From: Mycobacteriales bacterium
GTDB taxonomy: Bacteria; Actinomycetota; Actinomycetes; JAFAQI01
Length of the DNA: 64,000 nucleotides
Assembly (NCBI GenBank): GCA_036268295.1
Contig: DATAUK010000009.1
Location: forward strand, 1,625-65,624
Reading direction: 5' to 3'
The notes beneath the pieces are model-generated. The model searched no databases. It saw only the letters and a list, made by a program, of their open reading frames with translations, and was not told where the DNA came from. The translations under genes and the position numbers were made by a program. This document shows, piece by piece, positions 17,182 to 26,280 of this stretch. Numbering within the stretch: the stretch's first letter is position 1; each line of letters begins with the position of its first letter.

Positions 17182-18807
17182 GTGGATATGAGCGCAACGC
17201 ATGACGTCGACAACCAGGTCCCGCCGCTGACCGACTACGACGTATTCGGCGCCGACACCGCGCTGGTCGAAGGTGTCCAACGCCACGACGGCGGCTGGGC
17301 GCTCGACTCGCTGTCAGCCCTCGGCCGTCGCGCCGGCAGCGCTGAAGCCCAGGAATGGGGCCGGCTGGCGAACGTCAACCCGCCCCGGCTGGTCAGTCAC
17401 GACCCGTACGGCAACCGGATCGACGAGGTCGAGTTCCATCCGTCGTGGCACTCGCTGATGACGGTCGCCGTCGGCGAAGGCCTGCACGCCGCGCCGTGGA
17501 TCGACCCGAAGCCCGGCGCCCAGGTCGCGCGGGCGGCCGGCTTCTCGGTCTGGAGCCAGACCGAAGGCGGCCACGGCTGCCCGATCTCGATGACCCACGC
17601 TGCGGTGCCGGCGCTTCGGGTCGACGAGGCGCTGGCCGTCGAGTGGGTGCCGCGGCTGCTGTCACTGGACTATGACCCGGGACTGCGTACGCCGGCTGAC
17701 AAGGCAGGCTGTCTCGCCGGCATGGGCATGACCGAGAAGCAGGGTGGCTCCGACGTCCGCACCAACACCACCCGGGCGGTGCCGAGCGCCGACGGCACCT
17801 ATCGGCTCACCGGCCACAAGTGGTTCACCTCGGCACCGATGTGCGACATGTTTCTCGTCCTCGCCCAGGCGCCGGGTGGGCTGACCTGTTTCGTCGTACC
17901 CAGGGTCCTGCCTGACGGCGAACGCAACACGTTCCGGATCCAGCGACTCAAGGACAAGCTCGGCAACCGGTCGAACGCCTCGAGCGAGCCGGAGTTCGAC
18001 GAGACTGTCGGCTGGCGGCTCGGCGACGAAGGTCGTGGCGTGCCCACCATCATCGAGATGGTCGCGATGACCCGGCTGGACTGCGTGATGGGGTCGACGA
18101 CGGTCATGCGGTCATCGGTCGCGCAGGCCACCCACCACGCCCGGCACCGACAGGCATTCGGTCGCTACCTAATCGACCAGCCGCTGATGCAGGCGGTGCT
18201 GGCCGACCTCGCCGTCGAGTCCGAGGCTGCGACGACGCTGATGGTCCGCCTCGCGGCCGCGGTCGACGACGACGAGTCGGCGTTCAAGCGACTCGGGCTG
18301 GCGGTCGGCAAATACTGGGTGTGCAAGCGCGGCCCGTCGGTCGCGGCGGAGGCGCTGGAGTGCCTGGGCGGCAACGGGTACGTCGAGGACTTCCCGATGG
18401 CGCGGATCTATCGCGAGGCCCCGCTGAACTCGATCTGGGAAGGCTCGGGCAACGTCAACGCCCTCGACGTGCTGCGCGCTCTCGGGCGCGAAGCGGGTGC
18501 GTGGGAGGCGTTCCGCGACGAGGTCGTGTTGGCGTCGGGGGCAGACCGCCGGCTGGACGCCGCAATCGGCGCGCTGGACACGGCACTCGCCGACAGCTCC
18601 GACATCGAGGTTCGCGCCCGTCGACTGGTCGAGCAGATGGCGCTGGTATTGCAGGGCTCCCTGCTGGTCCGGTTCGCGCCGGCGTTCATTGCCGATGCGT
18701 TCTGCGCCTCCCGGCTGGCCGGCGACTGGGGTCACGCGTTCGGCACAATGCCGGCCGGCGTCGACGCCCGGGCGATCGTCGAGCGGGCGACGCCGAAGGT
18801 CGGCTAA
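17182..18807 (+). CDS. AidB-like acyl-CoA dehydrogenase family protein
   Basis: 541 aa. HDPYGNRIDEVEFHPSWH, GMGMTEKQGGSDVR, L.GHKWF.SAP and NSIWEGSGNV resemble AidB. Confidence 0.85.
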   Translation: MDMSATHDVDNQVPPLTDYDVFGADTALVEGVQRHDGGWALDSLSALGRRAGSAEAQEWGRLANVNPPRLVSHDPYGNRIDEVEFHPSWHSLMTVAVGEGLHAAPWIDPKPGAQVARAAGFSVWSQTEGGHGCPISMTHAAVPALRVDEALAVEWVPRLLSLDYDPGLRTPADKAGCLAGMGMTEKQGGSDVRTNTTRAVPSADGTYRLTGHKWFTSAPMCDMFLVLAQAPGGLTCFVVPRVLPDGERNTFRIQRLKDKLGNRSNASSEPEFDETVGWRLGDEGRGVPTIIEMVAMTRLDCVMGSTTVMRSSVAQATHHARHRQAFGRYLIDQPLMQAVLADLAVESEAATTLMVRLAAAVDDDESAFKRLGLAVGKYWVCKRGPSVAAEALECLGGNGYVEDFPMARIYREAPLNSIWEGSGNVNALDVLRALGREAGAWEAFRDEVVLASGADRRLDAAIGALDTALADSSDIEVRARRLVEQMALVLQGSLLVRFAPAFIADAFCASRLAGDWGHAFGTMPAGVDARAIVERATPKVG

Positions 18808-18947
18808 GCCGTTGCGGGCTTGCCTGCCACCGTCCACAACCGGCCGCGGTCACGACACCATCCACATTCGAAGGCGGCGCGCTCACTGAGCGATCCGAAC
18901 CCGGGAACGTTGGGACGTCATCGTTCCCGATCCCGGAGGTTGTTCTC

Positions 18948-20177
18948 GTGCATCGCTGCCGTTTGTTGCTGGTCTCGATCGTGGTGCTCGGCGGGCTACT
19001 GCCCGCGGCCGCCGCGACCGCGTCGCCGGCTCCGTCGACCAAGTCAGCCACGGTCACCGCCGTACCCGCTGCCGCTGCCAAGGCCCCGACAACGAAGAAG
19101 GACCGCGTGGTGTGCAAGCACGCCCACAACGCGCGGGCCCGCTGTCTCGCGATCCGGGTCGACCGGATCCGCAAGGGCCGGATCCGCCACGCCAACGACC
19201 CGATCGGCTACGGTCCGAGCGACCTGCAGTCGGCGTACTCCCTGCCGTCCGCGACCCGCGGCACGCATGACACGGTCGCCGTCGTCGACGGCTACGACGA
19301 TCCTGACGCCGAGCACGACCTCGGCGTCTATCGGGCGCAGTACGGATTGCCGGCCTGCACCACGGCCAACCACTGCTTCGGCAAGGTCGACCAGTCAGGC
19401 GGCCACAGCTATCCAGCGCCCGATGGTGGCTGGGGTCAGGAGATCTCGCTCGATCTCGACATGGTCTCCGCGATCTGCCCTCACTGCCACATCCTGTTGG
19501 TCGAAGCGACCACGACGTCGATGGCCAACCTCGGCGCGGCAGAGGACACCGCGGTGCGGCTCGGCGCCGACGCGGTTAGCAACAGCTACGGCGGCCCGGA
19601 CGCTTCCGACAACAGCTACGGCCGCTACTTCCATCACAACGGTGTCGCGATCACGGCGTCCGCCGGCGACAACGGCTACGCCGTGAGCTATCCGGCCTCC
19701 TCGAAGTGGGTGACCGCGGTCGGCGGCACCACGCTGACCCGCTCCTCGGCCGCTCGCGGCTTCACCGAGACGGCGTGGAACGACAGCGGCAGCGGATGCT
19801 CGACGGTGAACAAGACGACCTGGCAGTCGGTCGCGACCACCGGCTGCGCCGGCCGCGCGGTTGCCGACGTCGCTGCGGTCGCTGATCCGGCGACCGGCGT
19901 CGCGGTCTATGACAGCTATTCGTTCGAGGACACGAGCGGCTGGCTCACCTTCGGCGGCACCAGCGCCTCGTCGCCGATCGTCGCGGCGGTCTATGCACTC
20001 GCCGGCAACACCGCGTCGGTCGACGACGGGTCCTACCTCTGGTCTCACCACCAAGGGCTGCGCGACGTCACCAAGGGCAGCAACGGCTCATGCTCGACGA
20101 AGCAGTGGTGCACCGCGCGGGCCGGCTGGGACGGTCCGACCGGCTGGGGTACGCCGGACGGCGTCAGCGCGTTCTGA
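18948..20177 (+). CDS. secreted S53 (sedolisin/kumamolisin-like) peptidase
   Basis: GTG at 18948 with ggagg 8 nt upstream. Signal-like LLLVSIVVLGGLLPAAAATA. YGPSDLQSAY, EISLDLDMV and FGGTSASSPIVAAVYAL (Ser nucleophile context) match the family. The upstream part of ORF 18321..20177 is an Arg/Gly-rich artefact overlapping the aidB-like gene. Confidence 0.8.
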   Translation: MHRCRLLLVSIVVLGGLLPAAAATASPAPSTKSATVTAVPAAAAKAPTTKKDRVVCKHAHNARARCLAIRVDRIRKGRIRHANDPIGYGPSDLQSAYSLPSATRGTHDTVAVVDGYDDPDAEHDLGVYRAQYGLPACTTANHCFGKVDQSGGHSYPAPDGGWGQEISLDLDMVSAICPHCHILLVEATTTSMANLGAAEDTAVRLGADAVSNSYGGPDASDNSYGRYFHHNGVAITASAGDNGYAVSYPASSKWVTAVGGTTLTRSSAARGFTETAWNDSGSGCSTVNKTTWQSVATTGCAGRAVADVAAVADPATGVAVYDSYSFEDTSGWLTFGGTSASSPIVAAVYALAGNTASVDDGSYLWSHHQGLRDVTKGSNGSCSTKQWCTARAGWDGPTGWGTPDGVSAF

Positions 20178-20381
20178 CCTATCCGGCCGCGAGGTGCTCG
20201 AGGGCCAGCCGGTGGGCGTGATCAAGCGCATCACCGGCTGGCATCTCGACATCCGGCCTCACACCAACGATTGCCCGCCTGGTCGCCGACACCGATCCGG
20301 CCGATGCCCACCAGCCGCGCTACGGGCTGCTTCTGGCGCTCTACCGGCAGCCCGACTCCGCCACGTCCGCACCGTGAACCT

Positions 20382-20423
20382 GTCAGGACGTACGGCTCAC
20401 CCGCGAGGGTGAGCCATCCTGAC
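20382..20423. terminator. compound hairpin downstream of the S53 peptidase gene
   Basis: Outer stem gtcagga (20382-20388) pairs with tcctgac (20417-20423). Inner perfect 9-bp stem ggctcaccc (20394-20402) pairs with gggtgagcc (20407-20415) around a GCGA loop. There is no U-tract. Confidence 0.4.
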
Positions 20424-20496
20424 AACTCCGGGGAACCCGGCCAGGTTGTCACCGTCTCCTGGGTCAGTGTCCGTGCGCGGTGGCACAATCCGGGCC

Positions 20497-20880
20497 ATGG
20501 ACCACGATGTCACGCCACCCGTCTCGCGCGCGACGGGGTTGCCGCGCTTTGACTGCGACGCGCTGTTCCGGGCGCTCGACGCCCAACGTCGTGAGCGTCG
20601 GTTGGGACGGTACGAGCTCGCCGACGAGATGTGGGAGCAGTCAGCAGATCTCAATGCCACGCGAAGCGACCATCCGCTCTGCGGCGGCGCGGTCGCCCGG
20701 CTCCAGACCCGCCAGGCGCGTGATCTCACCTGGGCAGAGTTGGCGCCGGAGTTTTGCTGCCCACCCAGCCGGCTGACCAACCTGCGCACCGTCCGGTTCG
20801 CGGACATGGACCTGACGATGCGCGTCACCCAATGGCTCGCTCAGCCGGCTGCCACGTTCATTCACCCGGCGCAGTGGTGA
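20497..20880 (+). CDS. hypothetical protein translationally coupled to ligC
   Basis: ORF 20446..20880, with ATG 20497 (MDHDVTPP) the likely start. The stop TGA (20878-20880) overlaps an in-frame GTG (20877) of the ligase ORF. No family recognised. Confidence 0.5.
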   Translation: MDHDVTPPVSRATGLPRFDCDALFRALDAQRRERRLGRYELADEMWEQSADLNATRSDHPLCGGAVARLQTRQARDLTWAELAPEFCCPPSRLTNLRTVRFADMDLTMRVTQWLAQPAATFIHPAQW

Positions 20881-20885
20881 GCGAC

Positions 20886-21938
20886 ATGGACCTGCCCGTC
20901 ATGCCGCCGGTGTCACCGATGCTCGCCAAGTCGATCCCGCAGATGCCGGCGCCGGACGCGGTCGAGGGCGGCTTGCTCTACGAACCGAAGTGGGACGGCT
21001 TCCGTTCGATCATCTTCCGTGACGGCGACGAGGTCGAGATCGGATCGCGCAACGAGAAGCCGATGACCCGCTACTTCCCCGACGTGATCGAGGCGGTCAA
21101 GGCCGCGCTCCCCGACCGATGCGTGGTTGACGGCGAGATCGTCGTACCCATCGACGGTCGGCTCGACTTCGAGAGCCTGCAGCAGCGGATCCACCCGGCC
21201 GAGTCACGGGTCCGCAAGCTCGCCGCCGAGACTCCGGCGCAGTTCATCGGCTTCGACCTGCTCGCCGTTGGCGCCAAGTCGCTGATGGCCGCGCCGTTCG
21301 CCGAGCGTCGCGCGGCGCTCGAGAAGGCACTGACCCCGACAAGCCGCGTCCATCTGACGCCGGCGACTCGTGATGACAAGGTCGCCCAGGAATGGTTCAC
21401 CGCATTCGAGGGCGCCGGCCTCGATGGCGTCGTCGCCAAGCCGCTCGCGCTGCCTTACTCCCCCGACAAGCGGGTGATGTTCAAGATCAAGCACGAGCGG
21501 ACCGCGGACTGCGTCGTCGCCGGCTTCCGCTGGCACAAGAGCGGCCAGATCGTCGGCTCGCTGGTCCTCGGGTTGTACGACGGCGATCAGCTGCGCCACG
21601 TCGGCGTCGCCGCGTCGTTCACGATGGTGCGGCGCGCCGAGCTGGTCGAGGAGCTCGCTCCGCTGCGAGTCGACGCCGAGCAGAACCATCCCTGGCTCGG
21701 CAACGAGTTCGGCCCCGGCGGCACCCCCAATCGTTGGAACTCCGGCAAGGACATGTCCTTCGTCGCGTTGCGGCCGGAGCGGGTGATCGAGGTCGGCTAC
21801 GACCAGATGGAGGGCTCGCGGTTCCGGCACACCGCCCAGTTCCGCCGCTGGCGCGACGACCGGATGCCCGAATCATGCACGTTTGCCCAACTCGAGCGGC
21901 CGCTGACCTACGCGCTGGACGACGTACTCAAATCCTGA
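20886..21938 (+). CDS. ligC: ATP-dependent DNA ligase (LigC type, ligase domain only)
   Basis: MDLPVMPPVSPMLAK, then LYEPKWDGFR (KxDG adenylation motif), DGEIVV and MFKIKHERT.DCVV. Start is ATG 20886 or GTG 20877. Confidence 0.9.
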   Translation: MDLPVMPPVSPMLAKSIPQMPAPDAVEGGLLYEPKWDGFRSIIFRDGDEVEIGSRNEKPMTRYFPDVIEAVKAALPDRCVVDGEIVVPIDGRLDFESLQQRIHPAESRVRKLAAETPAQFIGFDLLAVGAKSLMAAPFAERRAALEKALTPTSRVHLTPATRDDKVAQEWFTAFEGAGLDGVVAKPLALPYSPDKRVMFKIKHERTADCVVAGFRWHKSGQIVGSLVLGLYDGDQLRHVGVAASFTMVRRAELVEELAPLRVDAEQNHPWLGNEFGPGGTPNRWNSGKDMSFVALRPERVIEVGYDQMEGSRFRHTAQFRRWRDDRMPESCTFAQLERPLTYALDDVLKS

Positions 21939-22022
21939 CGAAAGTTTCAGCGGCTCTTCAGGTTCGCTCGGTTTAGTGAGGGCTGCAGGGCGTGCTCGCC
22001 GGCGTAGCTACCGATCCGGCTC

Positions 22023-22050
22023 GTCCAACCCCTCCCCCCGGAGGTTGGAC
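22023..22050 (+). other. hairpin with C-rich apical loop in a 350-nt non-coding tract
   Basis: gtccaacc (22023-22030) pairs with ggttggac (22043-22050) around cctccccccgga. A second C-run hairpin, caccccccgaggtg, lies at 22137-22150. Confidence 0.5.
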
Positions 22051-22190
22051 CCGGCGAGTGCGTCCTTGCACCTTGTCCCGGGAAGTTATCGCCTCGTGAC
22101 CCGACTGCCGTTAGCGCCCGTCAGAGCTGGGTATGACACCCCCCGAGGTGGCGGCAGGTTCGCATCAGGCCAGTTGCTACTGACCGCAGG

Positions 22191-22224
22191 GCCGTCCCTG
22201 CCGGCTGCAACCGGCAGGGACGGC
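22191..22224. repeat. 14-bp perfect-stem hairpin
   Basis: gccgtccctgccgg (22191-22204) pairs with ccggcagggacggc (22211-22224) around the loop ctgcaa. No U-tract follows. Confidence 0.8.
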
Positions 22225-22286
22225 TCGTCGCGGGATAGCAGCCGCGGCCTACCTCCCTGCCGGATCCCAGTGGCAGACTCGAAGGC

Positions 22287-22538
22287 GTGTTGCGGCTCAT
22301 CTTTGCCATAATCGGCGCGGTCCTGCTGATCGTGGGAGTTGCCTTCGCCGACAACTTCCGCGGCACCGCGGTGCGCTTCGCCGGCTGGGCCCGGCGGACC
22401 AACAGCCCGCTCCTCCGCGCCCGCGGCCCACACCGCTGGCTGAACAACACTGGTTTCCAGGCCATCGTCTTCCGGGTGTACGGCGCCGTCGTCGGCCTAG
22501 CAGGTGTGATCATTCTCGCGGTAGTCGTCCGCCACTAA
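22287..22538 (+). CDS. small two-TM membrane protein
   Basis: 83 aa. LIFAIIGAVLLIVGVAF and VYGAVVGLAGVIILAVVV are hydrophobic helices. The 3' end overlaps the convergent polymerase gene by 4 nt. Confidence 0.45.
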   Translation: MLRLIFAIIGAVLLIVGVAFADNFRGTAVRFAGWARRTNSPLLRARGPHRWLNNTGFQAIVFRVYGAVVGLAGVIILAVVVRH

Positions 22539-23566
22539 CCGTCGTCTTTGAGCTTCCCGGACCGCGCCCGGCTCGGTTGGACTCTCGGGGGCTCGCCTTC
22601 CATCTTCGGGTAGTTCGGCGGGTACGGCGCATCGCCGAGACCTCGGTCGGCCTCATCGCGGTCGGCCCACTCGAGCAGCGGCGCGATGTCGAAGTGCACG
22701 TCGTCGATAGCGGCGTGGACATCGCCGAGTTCGGCGAATCTCGCCGGCATCGTCGCGATCGTGAAGTCGGCTGTCTCGACCTCTGGCAGCTCGTCCCAGG
22801 TGAGCGGCGCCGACACCGGACCATGCTCGAACCCTCTGACCGAGTACGCCGCGGCGATGGTCCGATCCTTGGCGTTCTGGTTGAAATCCAAGAAGATCTG
22901 CTCGCGGCGCTCTTCCTTCCACCAGGCGGTCGTGACCTGCTCCGGCGCCCGCCGTTCGACCTCGCGTGCGAACGCCAGCGCAGCCCGTCGTACCTCACGG
23001 AAGCCGAAGCTCGGCTCGATCCGGACGTAGATGTGGATGCCGCGGTTGCCCGACGTCTTCGGCCAGCCGACGGCGCCGATTTCGCTCAGCACCTCGCGGA
23101 CGATGAGCGCGACCTGCTTGGCCTCGGCGAACCCGGTGCCGGGCTGCGGGTCGAGATCGATCCGCAGCTCATCGGGCTGCTCGACCGCGGCGCGGCGGGT
23201 GTGCCAGGGGTGGAACTCGACGGTCGACATCTGCACCGCCCAGGCGACCGCCGCCAACTCGGTCACGCAGAGCTCGTCGGCGGTCCGCCCTGACGGGAAG
23301 CTGACCTCGGCGGTCTCGACCCAGTCCGGCGCGCCCTTGGGCAGCCGTTTCTGGTAGATCTTCTCGCTGCCGCCGACGCCCTCGGGATAGCGGTGAAGCA
23401 TGCACGGCCGTTCGTAGAGCGCTCGGACGATGCCCTCGCCGACCGACAGGTAGTAGTTGACAAGGTCGAGCTTCGTCTCGCCGCGGGCCGGGAAGTAGAC
23501 CCGGTCCGGGTTAGTGACCTTGACCAGCCGGTCCCCGACTGGAACCTCGACGAACGGCGACGCCAT
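22535..23566 (-). CDS. stand-alone LigD-type polymerase/primase domain protein (Prim-PolC-like)
   Basis: 343 aa. VKVTNPDRVYFP, TKLDLVNYY, RYPEG, VEFHPW, DELRIDLDP, KTSGNRGIHIYV and FLDFNQNAKDRT are the LigD-Pol motifs. Confidence 0.9.
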   Translation of the reverse strand: MASPFVEVPVGDRLVKVTNPDRVYFPARGETKLDLVNYYLSVGEGIVRALYERPCMLHRYPEGVGGSEKIYQKRLPKGAPDWVETAEVSFPSGRTADELCVTELAAVAWAVQMSTVEFHPWHTRRAAVEQPDELRIDLDPQPGTGFAEAKQVALIVREVLSEIGAVGWPKTSGNRGIHIYVRIEPSFGFREVRRAALAFAREVERRAPEQVTTAWWKEERREQIFLDFNQNAKDRTIAAAYSVRGFEHGPVSAPLTWDELPEVETADFTIATMPARFAELGDVHAAIDDVHFDIAPLLEWADRDEADRGLGDAPYPPNYPKMEGEPPRVQPSRARSGKLKDDG

Positions 23567-23677
23567 GTCCTGACCGTACCGGCTGAGCGGGAAGCGCAGC
23601 GGGCCCGGCGATGTTGCTCAGGTGTGAAACTGTTCAATCGCCATCAACGAGCTAGCGGAATAGGTGGACAACCCGCA

Positions 23678-24079
23678 ATGACGCACCCGGTCGAGAAGAC
23701 GGACGAGCAATGGCGCGCCGAGCTCAGCAAGGAGGAGTACCACGTGCTCCGCGAGGCCGGCACCGAGCGGGCGGGCACCGGTCCGCTGCTCGATGAGCAT
23801 CGCGTCGGGGTCTACCACTGCCGGGCGTGCGGTCATGAGCTGTTCCGCAGCAAGACGAAGTTCGAGTCGCACTGCGGCTGGCCGTCGTTCTACGACCCGA
23901 AGGACTCCGACGCGGTCGAGCTGCTCGAGGACCGCACGCTGGGCATGACCCGGGTCGAGGTTCGCTGCAAGAACTGCGGCTCGCACCTCGGTCACGTCTT
24001 CGAAGACGCGCCGCAAACGCCGACCGGCGAGCGCTACTGCATGAACTCGCTCAGCCTCACCTTCGAGCCGGGCGAGTAA
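23678..24079 (+). CDS. msrB: peptide-methionine (R)-S-oxide reductase
   Basis: YHC.ACG..LF.S..KF.S.CGWPSF and RVEVRC..CGSHLGHVF.D.P.PTG.RYC.NS match MsrB. Confidence 0.92.
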   Translation: MTHPVEKTDEQWRAELSKEEYHVLREAGTERAGTGPLLDEHRVGVYHCRACGHELFRSKTKFESHCGWPSFYDPKDSDAVELLEDRTLGMTRVEVRCKNCGSHLGHVFEDAPQTPTGERYCMNSLSLTFEPGE

Positions 24080-24090
24080 CCCCGCGAAGT

Positions 24091-24130
24091 GTCAGAACGT
24101 CCGGGCGCCAGAGCGCCCGGACGTTCTGAC
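24091..24130. terminator. bidirectional terminator-like hairpin between convergent msrB and hemQ
   Basis: Perfect 18-bp stem gtcagaacgtccgggcgc (24091-24108) pairs with gcgcccggacgttctgac (24113-24130) around the loop caga. Confidence 0.7.
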
Positions 24131-24148
24131 GGATCGGGAATCGAGACG

Positions 24149-24856
24149 TCAGGGCAGGGCGGCGATCAGGTCTGCAGGCGACTTGCGGGCACCGGTGTAG
24201 AACGGGATCTCCAGCCGGGTGTGGCGCCGCGCGGTCGCGCCACGCAGGTGACGCATCAGGTCGACGATGCGGTGCAACTCGTCAGCCTCGAACGCCAGCA
24301 TCCACTCGTAGTCACTGAGCGCAAACGCCGCCACGGTGTTGGCCCTGACATCGGCGTACTCCCGCGCCATCACACCGTGCTCGGAGAGCATCGCCCGTCG
24401 TTCGTCGTCGGGCAGGAGATACCACTCGTAGGACCGGTTGAACGGGTAGACGCTGACATAGCGCCGCGGCTCGTCACCGGAGAGGTACGCCGGCACATGG
24501 CTCTTGTTGAACTCCGCCGGCCGGTGCAACGCCATCGCTGACCAGACCGGCTCGCAGGCGCGACCGAGCCCGGTCTGGCGGAACCGCGACCACGCCTCCT
24601 GAAGATCGTCGGAGGTCGGCGCGATCCACCAGAACATCAGGTCGGCATCAGCCCGGAATCCACCGACGTCGTAGAGGCCACGGGTCACGACTCCCTTGTC
24701 CGCGAGCTGATCGAGGGTCTGCTCGAGCTCCTCGCCCATCGCCGCCCGGCCGTCGGCAGGCAGCGAGGACCGCACTTTGAACGCCGACCAGATCACATAG
24801 CTGATCGTCGCGTTGAGCGCCTTGGCCCGCTTCCCGGCAGATTGCTGGTCCGACAT
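24149..24856 (-). CDS. hemQ: coproheme decarboxylase / chlorite-dismutase-family heme synthase
   Basis: From ATG 24856: [28 protein letters not shown]..., then [20 protein letters not shown] and EIPFYTG. The upstream part of ORF 24149..25114 is an Arg-rich artefact. It lies next to hemY-hemE. Confidence 0.85.
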   Translation of the reverse strand: MSDQQSAGKRAKALNATISYVIWSAFKVRSSLPADGRAAMGEELEQTLDQLADKGVVTRGLYDVGGFRADADLMFWWIAPTSDDLQEAWSRFRQTGLGRACEPVWSAMALHRPAEFNKSHVPAYLSGDEPRRYVSVYPFNRSYEWYLLPDDERRAMLSEHGVMAREYADVRANTVAAFALSDYEWMLAFEADELHRIVDLMRHLRGATARRHTRLEIPFYTGARKSPADLIAALP

Positions 24857-24891
24857 GCATTCATTGTCGCAAGGCGGGGCAAACTGCGGGC

Positions 24892-26280
24892 ATGCGCCGT
24901 CTCGCTTGCGCCGTCTCCCTTCCGATCGCCCTCGTCGCCGGCTGCTCGGCAGCCGGCTCGCCAGCCGGCCACGTCTCGATGCATCCGGGTGCGACCGGCG
25001 CAAGGCAGGCCGCTTCGCCGCCCTCGAAGGCCAAGAACTGGCCGACCTACCACGGCAACGCCAACCGCACCGGCCACACCGCCGACGCCGTGAAGACGCC
25101 GCTGCACCACGCATGGACCGCGAAGCTCGACGGCGGGGTCTACGGCGAGCCGATCTATGTCAATGGCACGTTGATCGCCGCGACCGAGAACGACACCGTC
25201 TACGGCCTGAACCCGAAGAATGGTCACGTCAGGTGGCGCACCCATCTCGGCACCGCCGAGACCCAGAGCCAGTTCCCGGACTGCGGTGACGTCTTCCCGC
25301 TCGGCATCACCGGCACCCCGGCATACGACGCCAAGACCGGCTCGGTATTCGCTGTCGCGACGACCGGCACCGGCCACCACACGCTGTGGGCACTCAATGC
25401 CGCCACCGGCAAGCGCCGCTGGCACCGCAACGTCGACGTCGACAAGGCCCGCGATCGCAACGCCGAGCAGCAGCGATCTGCCCTGCTGGTCGTCGACAAC
25501 CGGGTCATCCTCACCTACGGCGCGCACGCCGGCGACTGCGACAACTACGTCGGGTACGCCGCCTCGGTGGCGACCAACGGCAAGGGCAAGATCCCGTTCT
25601 ACGCCGTGCCGAACGCTCGCCAGGCCGGAATGTGGAGCCCGGCCGGACCAGTCCGCGCGCTCGACGGCAACCTGCTGACCCCGACCGCCAACGGCTCCAA
25701 CCGCACCGGCGGCAAGTGGGACCACAGCGACGGCGTGCTCGAGCTCAACCCGAAGACGATGCACTTCGTCCGGGGCTGGGCGCCGGCCAACTGGGAGCAG
25801 GGCGACGCCGACGACCTGAGCCTCAGCTCGACGACTCCGGTGCCGGTCGACGGCAAGTACGTCGTGGGCGGCAAGCGCGGCGACGTCTGGCTGCTCAGGC
25901 GCGGTCTCGGCGGAGTCAACGGCGAGCTCAAGACATTGACCGGCTGCCAGGCGTACGGCGGCGAGGCCCGGGCCGGCCGGACCGTCCTGCTGCCCTGCCA
26001 CGAAGGCGTCAAAGCGCTCGTCGTCACCAAGCACTCGATGCACTGGACCTGGTCGGCGGGCGTCTACGGCTCGCCGGTCATCGCCGGCAGCCGGGTCCTC
26101 GTCGCCAACGGCCCGACCGACGGTCGGCCCGGCACCCTCACCGTGCTGTCATTGAAGACCGGTCACACCGAGACCAGCATCTCGGTCGGCCCGCTGACCC
26201 ACTTCCCGTCGCAGATCGTGGTCAGCAACCGGATCTTCGTGCCGACGCTGACCGGCATCACCGCGATTCGCGGGAGCTGA
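24892..26280 (+). CDS. PQQ-like beta-propeller repeat lipoprotein
   Basis: [20 protein letters not shown] has a lipobox. [12 protein letters not shown] and repeated DTVYGLN..NG...W and [11 protein letters not shown] motifs match the family. Confidence 0.75.
   Translation: MRRLACAVSLPIALVAGCSAAGSPAGHVSMHPGATGARQAASPPSKAKNWPTYHGNANRTGHTADAVKTPLHHAWTAKLDGGVYGEPIYVNGTLIAATENDTVYGLNPKNGHVRWRTHLGTAETQSQFPDCGDVFPLGITGTPAYDAKTGSVFAVATTGTGHHTLWALNAATGKRRWHRNVDVDKARDRNAEQQRSALLVVDNRVILTYGAHAGDCDNYVGYAASVATNGKGKIPFYAVPNARQAGMWSPAGPVRALDGNLLTPTANGSNRTGGKWDHSDGVLELNPKTMHFVRGWAPANWEQGDADDLSLSSTTPVPVDGKYVVGGKRGDVWLLRRGLGGVNGELKTLTGCQAYGGEARAGRTVLLPCHEGVKALVVTKHSMHWTWSAGVYGSPVIAGSRVLVANGPTDGRPGTLTVLSLKTGHTETSISVGPLTHFPSQIVVSNRIFVPTLTGITAIRGS

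Noticed and set aside
20180-20376. Protein-like stretches after the S53 gene (LEGQPVGVIKRITGWHLDI and IARLVADTDPADAHQPRYGLLLALYRQ)
   Set aside because: They lie in two different frames with no start codon or family assignment. This is possibly a gene remnant, but it is not supportable from sequence alone.
22023-22150. Canonical 6C sRNA
   Set aside because: Two C-loop hairpins are present, but they are about 100 nt apart instead of adjacent, and the second stem is only 4 bp. It is kept as an unexplained structured region rather than called as 6C.
22155-22180. tRNA-like T-loop (GGTTCGCATC)
   Set aside because: The flanking bases (gcagg and caggc) are not complementary, so there is no T-stem. 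No acceptor or anticodon arms could be built.
24793-26043. 416-aa minus-strand ORF
   Set aside because: It is antisense to the PQQ-like lipoprotein gene and is an Ala/Gly/Arg/Val-rich artefact.
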